Origin: an uncultured Parachlamydiaceae bacterium
Lineage (GTDB): Bacteria; Chlamydiota; Chlamydiia; Chlamydiales; Parachlamydiaceae
Assembly: GCA_963742415.1 (NCBI GenBank)
Contig: CAVULX010000003.1
Location: 374,616 to 438,615 of the forward strand
Direction: 5' to 3'
DNA length: 64,000 bases
The notes under the pieces are model-generated. The model ran no database searches. It was not told the origin of the DNA and saw only the letters and a list, made by a program, of their open reading frames with translations. Every line of letters starts with the position of its first letter. The first letter of the stretch is position 1. Of this stretch, positions 18,658-27,782 are shown in pieces. The position numbers and the translations under genes were made by a program.

Positions 18658-19496
18658 TTTTTTGCCAATACAGGTGAGGGATCCACAAAAGAGACGTTGG
18701 GCATCCAAGGGGCTTGTCCATTATTCCAGAGGTTGGTTAAGTGGTCTCGATCCCTTTGGGTATCCATGCAAGCCCAAAAACCTCGATGCTTATACATATT
18801 CAGCTGCCCATCTTCAGCCAATTTGACGAGCGGCATCCTTTCTAGGACACACGCTGGGTCCTTAGATACATATTTTTTAAAAAAGGTGCGTTGGAAAAAG
18901 AAAAAGCCCCCATTGATCCAATTTTCAATGAATTCTGGCTTTTCGGCAAATTCGGTCACTTCATCTCCGGAAAGACGTATTTCCCCAAAGCGGGAAGGGG
19001 GGTTGACTCCCAAAACTGTCCCGACTTTTCCGTGGGAAAGGTGAAATTCAAACTCTTGCTGTAAATTTGCATTGGTTAATCCATCTCCATAGGTGACAGC
19101 AGCATGTTCCGCATTACCCAAATACTTTTCTGCAGCCATCGCAATCCGTCCCCCTGTCATCGTATCCTCTCCTGTGTAGACCACGGTGACCTCCCAATCT
19201 TCTTCATGGTCAATCGAATGAACAGTCAAATTGTTTGTTTTTAGATCGACAGTAAAATCGCTATTCATGGAAGCATAATTTAAGAAATAGGATTTGATGA
19301 TTTCAGATTTAAAGCCGGTGCATAGGATGAATTTGCGAAACCCGTAACGGCGGTAAAGATGCATGACGTGCCATAGGATAGGGTGGTTGCCTATCGGAAC
19401 CATGGGCTTTGGACGATATTCTGTTTCTTCTTTAAGACGAGTCCCAAGTCCTCCGCATAGAATAAACACAGGAATTTCGTGTATGCGCTGCATCAT
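18654..19496 (-). CDS. rfbF: Glucose-1-phosphate cytidylyltransferase
   Basis: IPVFILCGGLGTRLKEETEYRPKPMVPIGNHPILWHVM is the characteristic RfbF N-terminus. 280 aa. Confidence 0.9.
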   Translation of the reverse strand: MMQRIHEIPVFILCGGLGTRLKEETEYRPKPMVPIGNHPILWHVMHLYRRYGFRKFILCTGFKSEIIKSYFLNYASMNSDFTVDLKTNNLTVHSIDHEEDWEVTVVYTGEDTMTGGRIAMAAEKYLGNAEHAAVTYGDGLTNANLQQEFEFHLSHGKVGTVLGVNPPSRFGEIRLSGDEVTEFAEKPEFIENWINGGFFFFQRTFFKKYVSKDPACVLERMPLVKLAEDGQLNMYKHRGFWACMDTQRDRDHLTNLWNNGQAPWMPNVSFVDPSPVLAKK

Positions 19497-19583
19497 CTTC
19501 GCCTCCGCCGTTTTTTTAACACCTTTAGGGAATCGATTTTAATGCTCGAATAGGATCCTGGCAACTGAAAAAAACTTTAGCGT

Positions 19584-21089
19584 TTATAACTCGATGAATT
19601 TAAATCCTTCGGGAAAAAAAAACATGATATCGGAAGAGGTCATGCAATAGGATGTTAGTTCTAGAGCGGCATGTTCTCCGGCTAAGCCATGGATATAAAC
19701 ACTGGCTAAAGCAGCATGATGGGGAGAGAGCCCTTGAGCTAAAAGACCTGCAGCTAAACCAGTTAGAACGTCCCCACTCCCAGCCGTGGCCATCCCGGGA
19801 TCCCCTTTGGGATTTATATGGATGATTTCATCGGGATGAAATATGAAGGTTGGCCCTCCTTTAAGGATCAAGGTAATTCGTCGATCTTCGGCATAACGTT
19901 GGCAAGTTTGTAGTAACTGCTTATCAATGGCAACTTCCCCTTCGATTTTTAATAACCGCTTTAATTCCCCAAGGTGGGGAGTGAAAATCGTTTGTTGGGG
20001 TAGGGGAAAATTTTCTTCCGCTAGGAAAAACAGAGCGTCGGCATCTAAGACGCAAGGTTTTTGCAAACCGGGCAAAATTTTGTGCAATAATTGTTTAACT
20101 TCAGTCGTTCGTCCAAGCCCGGGACCGATGAATGTCGCTGAAGCTTTATTCATCGTCTCGATGATAAGATCGGTGTCTTGGGATGAATAGGCCATTTTTA
20201 TGAGCTCATAGGGGCTATGAGCTAATTCAGCCTGCATCCCTTGAGGGTGCAGCAGCCTCATCATCCCTGCGCCACTACGCAAAGCTGCTGAAGAAGAGAG
20301 CAGCGCAGCGCCTGGCATTCCCGGGGAACCCGCTAAACCCACAACATAGCCAGCTTGGTATTTATGCCGGTTGCGCACAAGGCGGGGAAAAAAAGATTTT
20401 ACGATATCGCTCGTCAACATGATGAAATCAGCTTCCGATTCCTCAATGTACGAATAAGGTAAACCAAAATCGACAAAGCGGAGCCTTCCGACGTGATTCC
20501 ACCCTTGATTTAAGAAAAAGCCCGTTTTTGGGAGCGTTAAAAAGGCTGTTTCAGCCGCCAAAATAGCTTGCCCTTCCACCACTCCGGTTTCCCCATTTAG
20601 TCCAGAAGGGATATCGACGGAGATGATAGGCAGATTGGATTCATTGGCTAACCGAATGGCTGCCGCATATAATTCTTCGGCTTTGCCGTGAAAACCTGTG
20701 CCGAAAATTCCATCTAATATAATCCCGTGGACAGGAAAAATGATATCTTCGGGAGAATTGAGCTCATGGACATGCCCCCCTTCATTGAGGAAGCGGAAAT
20801 AATTATCACGGCATAGAGGAGTGCATTCATCGATGGGAGCAAGTTGGAAAGCGTAAACTTCATATTCCAAATGGAGCAGGTGCACACCTGCTACATAAGC
20901 GTCGCCGGCATTATTTCCTTTGCCGCAGAGTAAAACGACATGCCTGTCAATTTGATTTCTTTCGGCAAATTCCTGGACAACGAGGGCCACCCCGCTCCCG
21001 GCTTCCTCCATGAAATCGATTTCGGAAGCTCCGTCCCTGTAAGCTTGCGATTCGAGATGGACCATTTGTTTTGGCAAGACAACTTTCAT
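19584..21089 (-). CDS. nnr: Bifunctional NAD(P)H-hydrate repair enzyme Nnr (epimerase plus ADP-dependent dehydratase, YjeF family)
   Basis: 501 aa. YjeF_N region (LCGKGNNAGDAYVAG) followed by a carbohydrate-kinase-like C-terminal domain (GSGDVLTG). Confidence 0.88.
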   Translation of the reverse strand: MKVVLPKQMVHLESQAYRDGASEIDFMEEAGSGVALVVQEFAERNQIDRHVVLLCGKGNNAGDAYVAGVHLLHLEYEVYAFQLAPIDECTPLCRDNYFRFLNEGGHVHELNSPEDIIFPVHGIILDGIFGTGFHGKAEELYAAAIRLANESNLPIISVDIPSGLNGETGVVEGQAILAAETAFLTLPKTGFFLNQGWNHVGRLRFVDFGLPYSYIEESEADFIMLTSDIVKSFFPRLVRNRHKYQAGYVVGLAGSPGMPGAALLSSSAALRSGAGMMRLLHPQGMQAELAHSPYELIKMAYSSQDTDLIIETMNKASATFIGPGLGRTTEVKQLLHKILPGLQKPCVLDADALFFLAEENFPLPQQTIFTPHLGELKRLLKIEGEVAIDKQLLQTCQRYAEDRRITLILKGGPTFIFHPDEIIHINPKGDPGMATAGSGDVLTGLAAGLLAQGLSPHHAALASVYIHGLAGEHAALELTSYCMTSSDIMFFFPEGFKFIEL

Positions 21090-21096
21090 AGGGATC

Positions 21097-22101
21097 CTAT
21101 TGACATTCGTCCTTGATTGGGCGCCGCATTAGCATCATGACAGCATCTGTTGGCTTTAATCCTTCGTAGATAATTTTGTAAACCATTTCAGTAATCGGCA
21201 TAGGAACATTGCATTGTTTGCATAATTGGAGAGCTGACATGCATGTATAAGCCCCTTCAACAACTGTTTGAATTTCATCTTGAGCCGCATTGGGGGAAAG
21301 TCCTTTAGCTAATAATTCCCCAAAACGGAAATTGCGGCTGATGTTGCAGCTGCAGGTCATGCATAGGTCCCCCATCCCTGAAAGGCCGTTGAGAGTTTCG
21401 GCTTTGCAGCCCCGCGCCATTGCCAATTTACGGATCTCATGCAATCCTCGCGTCATCAAAGCGGCTTTGGCACTCCAACCTAGAGCCAGCCCCTCTGAAA
21501 TTCCGCAGGCAATCGCAATAATATTTTTTAGAGCCCCACCATAGGCCACACCTTGGATATCTGAATTGGGATAGACCCGAAAAGTTTGGGTAGTGAAACA
21601 TTCGCAAATCAACTGGGCGACATCTTTACGATATCCCGCACCAACAACAGATGTAGGCAGGTTCCGGATCACTTCTTCCGCGTAGCCAGGGCCGCTGAGG
21701 ACCCCTACTTTTGACTTGATTTTTTCCCCTAACACTTCGACCACCACATCGGGGAGCGTCAAACCGGTATTTTGTTCGATCCCTTTCGATGTGACAACAA
21801 TGGGGCATGAGGGGGTCATGATATTTTTAACTTGCTCAAAGACAGGGCGAATCCCTGCGGAAGTCACAGATTCAACGATAAGCTCTGCTCCCTCGAGCAC
21901 CTTCTCCAAATCCGTTGTGATGGTTAACTTTAGATTGTCCGGTAAAGGGACAGAAGGCAAAAAAGGGTGTTTATGTGTTTTATTCAGGGTTTCTGCAAGA
22001 GCTGGTTTTGTGGTCCATAAGGTGACTTGATGCCCTTTCGAAGCTAGAATAGTCGCTAAGCAATACCCCCAGCATCCTGCTCCTAAATAGCTTATTTTCA
22101 T
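21097..22101 (-). CDS. gpsA: NAD(P)H-dependent glycerol-3-phosphate dehydrogenase
   Basis: MKISYLGAGCWG Rossmann start and a GALKN motif. I prefer the ATG at 22101 to the TTG at 22125. Confidence 0.9.
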   Translation of the reverse strand: MKISYLGAGCWGYCLATILASKGHQVTLWTTKPALAETLNKTHKHPFLPSVPLPDNLKLTITTDLEKVLEGAELIVESVTSAGIRPVFEQVKNIMTPSCPIVVTSKGIEQNTGLTLPDVVVEVLGEKIKSKVGVLSGPGYAEEVIRNLPTSVVGAGYRKDVAQLICECFTTQTFRVYPNSDIQGVAYGGALKNIIAIACGISEGLALGWSAKAALMTRGLHEIRKLAMARGCKAETLNGLSGMGDLCMTCSCNISRNFRFGELLAKGLSPNAAQDEIQTVVEGAYTCMSALQLCKQCNVPMPITEMVYKIIYEGLKPTDAVMMLMRRPIKDECQ

Positions 22102-22192
22102 GGGTTTAGACTCCAAGCCTAACAATTCGAGTTTTGATTCGGATTATAGCAGAAAAACATTTGGAATCCTAGGAACAAAAAAATAGGGTGAT

Positions 22193-23233
22193 TTATGATC
22201 TATTTTTTAACTGCGCAGCTATTTCCTTTGCGGCATAGGTAAAAACAAAGTCGGCTCCTGCCCGCTTAATGGAAAGCAAGCATTCTTCCATTGCTTGCAA
22301 ACCATCAATCCACCCATTTTGGGCCGCAGCTTTAATCATGGCATATTCCCCGCTGACCTGATAAGCTCCTATTGGAATATGGGTGAGATCCCGTGCTTTT
22401 GCAATGATGTCAAGATAGGGCAAAGCAGGTTTAATCAAAAGCATGTCTGCTCCTTCGATATCATCTAAACAGCACTCAAGCAAAGCTTCACGTGTGTTCG
22501 CAGGGTTCACTTGGTAGGTTTTTTTATCGCCGAATTTAGGCGCAGAATTTAACGCATTGCGGAAAGGGCCATAGAACGCTGTAACAAACTTGACCGCATA
22601 GGAAAGGATGCTCACGCTGGAAAATCCTGCATGGTCTAGGGTATGCCGAAGATAGGCGACCCGCCCATCCATCATATCGCTAGGGGCAATGACATCTGCG
22701 CCAGCTTCAGCAGTAATCAAAGCCATTTTGCTTAATGCCTCTAGGGAAGCATCATTTAAAATTGCACCCTCATCGCTTACAATCCCATCGTGTCCATGGC
22801 TTGTGTAGGGATCAAGTGCAATGTCTACCATCACACACATTTCGGGTAGATGTTTCTTTAAGAGACGAACACTTTGAGAAATGAGATTGTCGGGGTTAAG
22901 AGCTTCGGAGCCCCACCGATCTTTTTTTTCTGAAGGGACGTAAGCGAATAAGTCGATGGCTCTAATGCCAAGAGCATAAAGTTCTTCAGTTTCTTTGAGG
23001 AGCTGATCCAAAGAAATACGGTAAATGTCCGGCATGCTGGCAATGGGCTGTTTCTGATTTGACCCCTCGACGACAAAGATGGGTGCAACAAATTGGCTAG
23101 GGTGAAGGCGCGTTTCTTGTAGGAGCTCCCTGATAGCAGAACTCTTTCTGTTACGGCGAGGCCGCCGGGTCAAATCGATAGCAGAAAGGGCTAATTGATT
23201 AGTAAAAGAAGAAATAGAAAATGTTTGTGTCAT
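22193..23233 (-). CDS. hemB: Porphobilinogen synthase (delta-aminolevulinate dehydratase)
   Basis: 346 aa. RPRRNR, active-site region PSDMMDGRV and YQVSGEYAM are typical HemB motifs. Confidence 0.92.
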   Translation of the reverse strand: MTQTFSISSFTNQLALSAIDLTRRPRRNRKSSAIRELLQETRLHPSQFVAPIFVVEGSNQKQPIASMPDIYRISLDQLLKETEELYALGIRAIDLFAYVPSEKKDRWGSEALNPDNLISQSVRLLKKHLPEMCVMVDIALDPYTSHGHDGIVSDEGAILNDASLEALSKMALITAEAGADVIAPSDMMDGRVAYLRHTLDHAGFSSVSILSYAVKFVTAFYGPFRNALNSAPKFGDKKTYQVNPANTREALLECCLDDIEGADMLLIKPALPYLDIIAKARDLTHIPIGAYQVSGEYAMIKAAAQNGWIDGLQAMEECLLSIKRAGADFVFTYAAKEIAAQLKNRS

Positions 23234-23253
23234 GGGGTCTCCTGGGGAATTTT

Positions 23254-24609
23254 TTAAGGTTCGATATAGCCTTTAGGCAACATAGTTGATCCTCTCCATT
23301 TACGCATTAACTGGAGGGAAGGATAATAAAATTGTTGTGCCAATTCAAAGGGGTTTTCAGCAGACTCTTTCCCTGTGATCTCTTTCCAGATTTCCCTATC
23401 TCTCTGCTGCAAAGCCTCAGCCACCGTCACAGGGCTATCCACTCCTTTTGCGTTTTTAAGCGGGGAAAAGCAAGCTTCTCTAGGGTAAGCCAAAGCTTTG
23501 ACTTTTCGAGCAAAGGGCAATATGTCAAAGATGAATTTCTCCCCTTTCCATGCCATTAGCGGACTTGAGTCGGATTTATTTCCATTAACAGATTTATAGG
23601 CTAAATGAAAAGGCATTTCCCCATATTTTTCAGCCAACGCTTTGATGCTCTCCATGCTAAAGCAAAACAAACTCAAATTAGCGCATAGGTGTCTTAAACT
23701 TCCATCGGGTACGGCAGCATAACGTTCTTTTTCGGGCATTTCGGAGTATTCAACAACCTTGGCCCGATGTTGATCCTGGACAACAACCCCTACCTTTTCT
23801 TCTTTATCGCGCCGCATGCAACACTTGATCGTGATTTCATTATTTTGTCGAGCGTGAAAACCCAGTAGATTGGCATCGAAAGGATCTGCGAGAGGATTAT
23901 CAACTAACACGTAATTGACCAATTTGATGCCGGCGTCTTGCCAGGCTTTCCAAATCCCATCCTGGACAAAGTAATGTAGTGAAGAGCCATTCCCATCCGG
24001 TCCCTCAGCCAGAGAGCCTTGAGGATCCAAGAATAAGTTACCCTGCTCATTGAAGAGAGGAGACATTTTTTGCGAGAAAAAATAAAGTTGCTTTTCTGAA
24101 AGGCCAAAATTGCGATTTGAGAAAAAATAATTTTTTGTTTCTTCATCATTTAGAGGAGAAGTCATAATCGCTAAAGGGAGGGGGCGCCCGGCCAGTTCGC
24201 TTGCTGCCAAGGTTTTCTCAGCAAAAAGCTGAAACAAGGTTTTGCGCCTTATGGCTGTGACCGGAAACATCCCTTTAGGTCCTGCAAAATTTAGTCGAGT
24301 CCCTTGTCCCCCGGCTAACAACAGGGATCCACATTTTCCTTCACTTATCAATTGACGTCCCAAAGAGATATCTTGCGAGCTGCCTGCATTCTCATAGGCC
24401 TTGAAGGGTTCAAAGGAACCTGCATAAGGAAGATCTTTTTTTAAAAAAGCCGTTTTCAACACTCTGAAAATGTCTAGGTCAAGTTGATCAATTTGTTTTA
24501 GCAGACGATTTTGTTGATCAGCGGTAAGCTGCGGCCAAAAGTCGAGAAGACTTTGTTGACCTATTGTCGAAAGCTTATCTTTGGCAAGAGAGTAATTGAA
24601 ATATGTCAT
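23254..24609 (-). CDS. UDP-sugar pyrophosphorylase of the UDPGP (UAP1/eukaryote-like) family
   Basis: 451 aa. LLLAGGQGTRLNFAGPKGMFPV and GPDGNG motifs of the UTP-hexose-1-phosphate uridylyltransferase family. Confidence 0.75.
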   Translation of the reverse strand: MTYFNYSLAKDKLSTIGQQSLLDFWPQLTADQQNRLLKQIDQLDLDIFRVLKTAFLKKDLPYAGSFEPFKAYENAGSSQDISLGRQLISEGKCGSLLLAGGQGTRLNFAGPKGMFPVTAIRRKTLFQLFAEKTLAASELAGRPLPLAIMTSPLNDEETKNYFFSNRNFGLSEKQLYFFSQKMSPLFNEQGNLFLDPQGSLAEGPDGNGSSLHYFVQDGIWKAWQDAGIKLVNYVLVDNPLADPFDANLLGFHARQNNEITIKCCMRRDKEEKVGVVVQDQHRAKVVEYSEMPEKERYAAVPDGSLRHLCANLSLFCFSMESIKALAEKYGEMPFHLAYKSVNGNKSDSSPLMAWKGEKFIFDILPFARKVKALAYPREACFSPLKNAKGVDSPVTVAEALQQRDREIWKEITGKESAENPFELAQQFYYPSLQLMRKWRGSTMLPKGYIEP

Positions 24610-24614
24610 TAGGT

Positions 24615-25070
24615 CTATTCAAATTGCCGTTTAGTTTTAGGGTATCGCATGGTGGCCAACTCATCCAAGGCGTTCTTTTCTACGTTAAGGTTAAGAGTTT
24701 CCCATTCACCATATTTTTTGTCTCGCAAGTTTTCTATAATTTTCCGTTTTTGCATTGCCTTCATGACCTCTCTCCTTCTTAACTCTAAAATCGCTTGCGC
24801 TTCCCGAACGATAATTCGCTGGTGATCGATTTTCTTTTTAAGCACCTCTAAGTAATCGTAATTCATCGTCAAGGATTGGGGATGGACATTGTTTTTTTGC
24901 AAAACACGAATGTGATCTGTAACTCGATCAAAGTCGCGATGAAATTTTTCTAATATCATGGACATTTTTTGCAATATTAAATGGGCCTCAAGCAGGTTTC
25001 TGTGAGCGATTTCTTCCTTCAAATGCCTAACTTTAAGCAAGGAGGCGAGATTAAAATTAAATTTTTTCAT
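24615..25070 (-). CDS. fliJ: FliJ/SctO-family export-apparatus stalk protein
   Basis: 151 aa, all-helical, with FliJ-like features (NLASLLKVR..., MQKRKIIENLRDKK...DE). It overlaps the 3' end of the ATPase gene by 14 nt, which is the canonical fliI-fliJ arrangement. Confidence 0.7.
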   Translation of the reverse strand: MKKFNFNLASLLKVRHLKEEIAHRNLLEAHLILQKMSMILEKFHRDFDRVTDHIRVLQKNNVHPQSLTMNYDYLEVLKKKIDHQRIIVREAQAILELRRREVMKAMQKRKIIENLRDKKYGEWETLNLNVEKNALDELATMRYPKTKRQFE

Positions 25071-26406
25071 TCTTTACGATTTCTTTTAAAAGCTTTTGCG
25101 TCATCTCAAAAGCAAACGACTCATTTGTTCCTTGCGACAAAAAGGATCTAATTCGGCCAATTAACATCACAGCTTCGTCAATTTTAGCATTTGATCCAGC
25201 CACATAGGCGCCAATGTTGATCAAGTCTTCAGCATCTTTATACACCTGCAAAATATCCCTTAAACGACCGGCCATATAATATTGCTCGGGTGTCGTAATA
25301 GCCAGCATCAGCCTAGAAAGGCTCTGTAAGACGTCTATGGCAGGATATTGGTTGGCTGAAGCTAATTTCCTGGAAAGAACAATGTGTCCATCTAGTATCG
25401 CCCTTACGGTATCTGCAACAGGATCATTCATGTCATCCCCTTCAACGAGGATTGTATAGATCCCCGTAATGACCCCGTGGGCAGAATTTCCAGCCCGCTC
25501 TAAAAGTTTTGGCAAGGTTGCGAATACGGAAGGCGTATATCCCCGCGTGGCGGGAGGTTCCCCAATGGCTAAACCTATTTCTCGTAACGCCATAGCATAA
25601 CGGGTGATGGAATCCATCATGAAGACGACATTTTTTCCTTGATCTCGAAAAAATTCGGCAATAGCTGTTGCAGTGTAAGCCCCTTTCGTTCTTAGCAGCG
25701 CCGCTTGATCAGAGGTTGCGACTACAACCACTGAACGGGATAAACCTTCCGGTCCCAATTCCCGTTCGATAAATTCACGCACTTCCCTTCCACGTTCTCC
25801 GATTAAAGCGATCACGTTTATATCTGCAGTGGACATTTTGGCTATCATCCCCAAGAGGGTTGATTTTCCCAAGCCGGCGCCGGAGAAAATCCCTAATCTT
25901 TGCCCTCTTCCTATGGTGCAAGTGGAATCGATCGCTTTGATTCCGGTCGATAAAACTTCGGAAATTAATTTACGCTTGAGAGGGTGGGGAGGGGGAGCCA
26001 TGATAGGATAGTATTTTTCTGCTTTGATCGGCCCTTTGTCATCGATGGGATTTCCCACAGCATCCAGAATTCTTCCACACATTCTTTCCGATACAGCCAC
26101 CAAAGGGACTTTTTTTGTCGGATAGACTTCGGAGCCCGGCGCTATATGGGTCATTTCTCCTAAAGACATTAATAAGGATTTATTATCTTTGAAGCCAACC
26201 ACTTCACAAGGGATAGCTTCTCCCTGCCTATTGAAAATGTAGCACAACTCACCCAGGTGGACTGCAGGGCCGGCCGATTCGATAAGAAGACCGATGATTT
26301 GTGTGACAACGCCACTTGTGGATAATCCCGACCATTTTTGGACCGCTTCGATTTCATTTTTTAGTGAGAAAGTAGACATAAAAATTTTAAGAGATAAACC
26401 CATCAC
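25057..26406 (-). CDS. fliI: Type III export ATPase, flagellar type by context (FliI)
   Basis: Walker A GIFSGAGLGKSTLLG, Walker B VVFMMDSITR, and an F1/FliI/SctN-family C-terminus. It is flanked by fliH-like and fliJ-like genes. The start is ambiguous (GTG 26406, ATG 26403 or ATG 26379). Confidence 0.88.
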   Translation of the reverse strand: MMGLSLKIFMSTFSLKNEIEAVQKWSGLSTSGVVTQIIGLLIESAGPAVHLGELCYIFNRQGEAIPCEVVGFKDNKSLLMSLGEMTHIAPGSEVYPTKKVPLVAVSERMCGRILDAVGNPIDDKGPIKAEKYYPIMAPPPHPLKRKLISEVLSTGIKAIDSTCTIGRGQRLGIFSGAGLGKSTLLGMIAKMSTADINVIALIGERGREVREFIERELGPEGLSRSVVVVATSDQAALLRTKGAYTATAIAEFFRDQGKNVVFMMDSITRYAMALREIGLAIGEPPATRGYTPSVFATLPKLLERAGNSAHGVITGIYTILVEGDDMNDPVADTVRAILDGHIVLSRKLASANQYPAIDVLQSLSRLMLAITTPEQYYMAGRLRDILQVYKDAEDLINIGAYVAGSNAKIDEAVMLIGRIRSFLSQGTNESFAFEMTQKLLKEIVKNEKI

Positions 26407-26709
26407 TCAGGCTTATGTAGAAATATTTATATTCTCTTTTACTGTCAACCAAATGTTCAAACTAGGAGGGAGTTTACAAAGTCCTAAGTTCTTCATTATT
26501 AACATTCTTATTTTTTTCAGTTTTTTTAATATTTTAAAAAAAATCAAATCTTTTTTGTAAAGAAAAATCTATAATTTTTAACTAAAAATGGTTTAAAAAT
26601 GGGCTTTTTGATTTCAGTTTAAATAAAATATTATTATGTTATAATTATATATAGATTGTAGAGGATATATCGATTTTAAAAGCGTAAGCTTTTTGGAAGG
26701 AGAAAAATT
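26407..26709. promoter_or_regulatory. Very AT-rich divergent intergenic region, likely carrying promoters for fliI-fliJ (minus strand) and the small ORF at 26710 (plus strand)
   Basis: TATAAT hexamers at 26570-26575 and 26640-26645 on the plus strand, plus long A/T runs. No -35 element can be assigned with confidence in this composition. Confidence 0.3.
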
Positions 26710-27018
26710 ATGAGTTCCAATGTAAATAATACATCATCAAGCACAAGTGATCCACTTGATGATCTCGCAATTTTTTACACAAGTAATGCAAATAACAAAC
26801 AACAACAAGATTCGATGGATCCTACAGATCCTACCAGTATCATGTATGATCCCACTTTGGATCCTTGCAGTCCAAAATTTGGTGCCGTTAGCGCTGCAAT
26901 TAATGGCCCGCAAGCTGTTAATGCTGTGAATAACAACACGGTAAATCCTATAGCCGTTGATGATGATAACGATAGGGCTGGCCGGAGAAATTTACGCCGC
27001 GTGGTCGATAGGATCTAA
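26710..27018 (+). CDS. Small low-complexity (N/D/P/S/T-rich) hypothetical protein inserted antisense between fliH and fliI
   Basis: 102 aa. A strong RBS GGAAGGAG lies 8 nt upstream of the ATG. The sequence looks disordered and ends in the basic tail RAGRRNLRRVVDRI. Confidence 0.55.
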   Translation: MSSNVNNTSSSTSDPLDDLAIFYTSNANNKQQQDSMDPTDPTSIMYDPTLDPCSPKFGAVSAAINGPQAVNAVNNNTVNPIAVDDDNDRAGRRNLRRVVDRI

Positions 27019-27080
27019 AATAACTTCCACGTGTTGTTGTCCGTATCCATTCCCAAATTATAAGTAGGTGTTTTTTTTGT

Positions 27081-27782
27081 TTATGATGATAAAGTTAAAA
27101 TTTCCAAATCAGATAAAAGACGATTAAGGTCAAAATTGACCAGTCCTAATGTTGTTTCTAAGCGACAACTGCCCCTTTCCATCCAGGGTGTTGAGATAAA
27201 GTTGACATCTTTTAAATCTTCCCGTTTATAGCCGAGCGCAGAAAGGTGGTTTTGCACCATTTGCAGGTCTTCCTGCGATAAAACAATATCGATAGGGACA
27301 TCTTTTAAGAAGGACTTTGCTTGGGTCAATAATTTTTCTAATAAACTGTAAAAGATCTCTGGATTGGTTAAGTGAGCACGAAGTATTTTTTCGCAAACTG
27401 CCAAAGAAAATTTGATCAGTTCGGGCTTCACCAGCTCAAACATTTCTTCTTTTCTCATTTGAAAAGTTGAAGCGGTGACATTAAGGAGTTCGGCAGCTGA
27501 CTTTAATTCGTCCCTAACATTAGCCACACCTTCTTTATATCCAATCTCTAAGCCTTCGCTCTTGCCTGCTTCGTACCCTTGCTCATGCCCCTCTTTCAAG
27601 CCTTGAGAATGCCCTTTTTTTTCGGCCATTTTTAAGAGTTTTTGAAGTGTTTTTACAGAAGGGGGTTCTGAAGTCTGTTCTGCCTCTCCGTTCTCTTCTT
27701 TTACCCCTGAATCTTGTCCGTAAAAGACAGCCCCTTCAATCTTAGCCCCGTGGATCACTTTTTTAGATTTTGAGACGTTCAT
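27081..27782 (-). CDS. fliH: FliH/SctL-family ATPase regulator (flagellar type by context)
   Basis: 233 aa. Repeated GxEEG-type motif (KEGHEQGYEAGKSEGLEIGYKEG) and a C-terminal GSCRLETTLGLVNFDLNRLLSDL, matching the FliH/SctL signature. ATGA overlap with the fliF stop. Confidence 0.75.
   Translation of the reverse strand: MNVSKSKKVIHGAKIEGAVFYGQDSGVKEENGEAEQTSEPPSVKTLQKLLKMAEKKGHSQGLKEGHEQGYEAGKSEGLEIGYKEGVANVRDELKSAAELLNVTASTFQMRKEEMFELVKPELIKFSLAVCEKILRAHLTNPEIFYSLLEKLLTQAKSFLKDVPIDIVLSQEDLQMVQNHLSALGYKREDLKDVNFISTPWMERGSCRLETTLGLVNFDLNRLLSDLEILTLSS

Noticed and set aside
18505-19044. A 179-aa plus-strand ORF across the rfbG/rfbF junction.
   Set aside because: It is antisense to two strongly supported enzyme genes. 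Its Arg/Ser/Pro-rich composition is typical of a reverse-frame artefact.
25057-26406. Calling the ATPase SctN (injectisome) rather than FliI.
   Set aside because: The sequence alone fits both families. I chose FliI because the gene is flanked by FliH-like, FliJ-like and FliF-type genes, and because the injectisome genes in this window form a separate operon. Confirmation needs a phylogeny.
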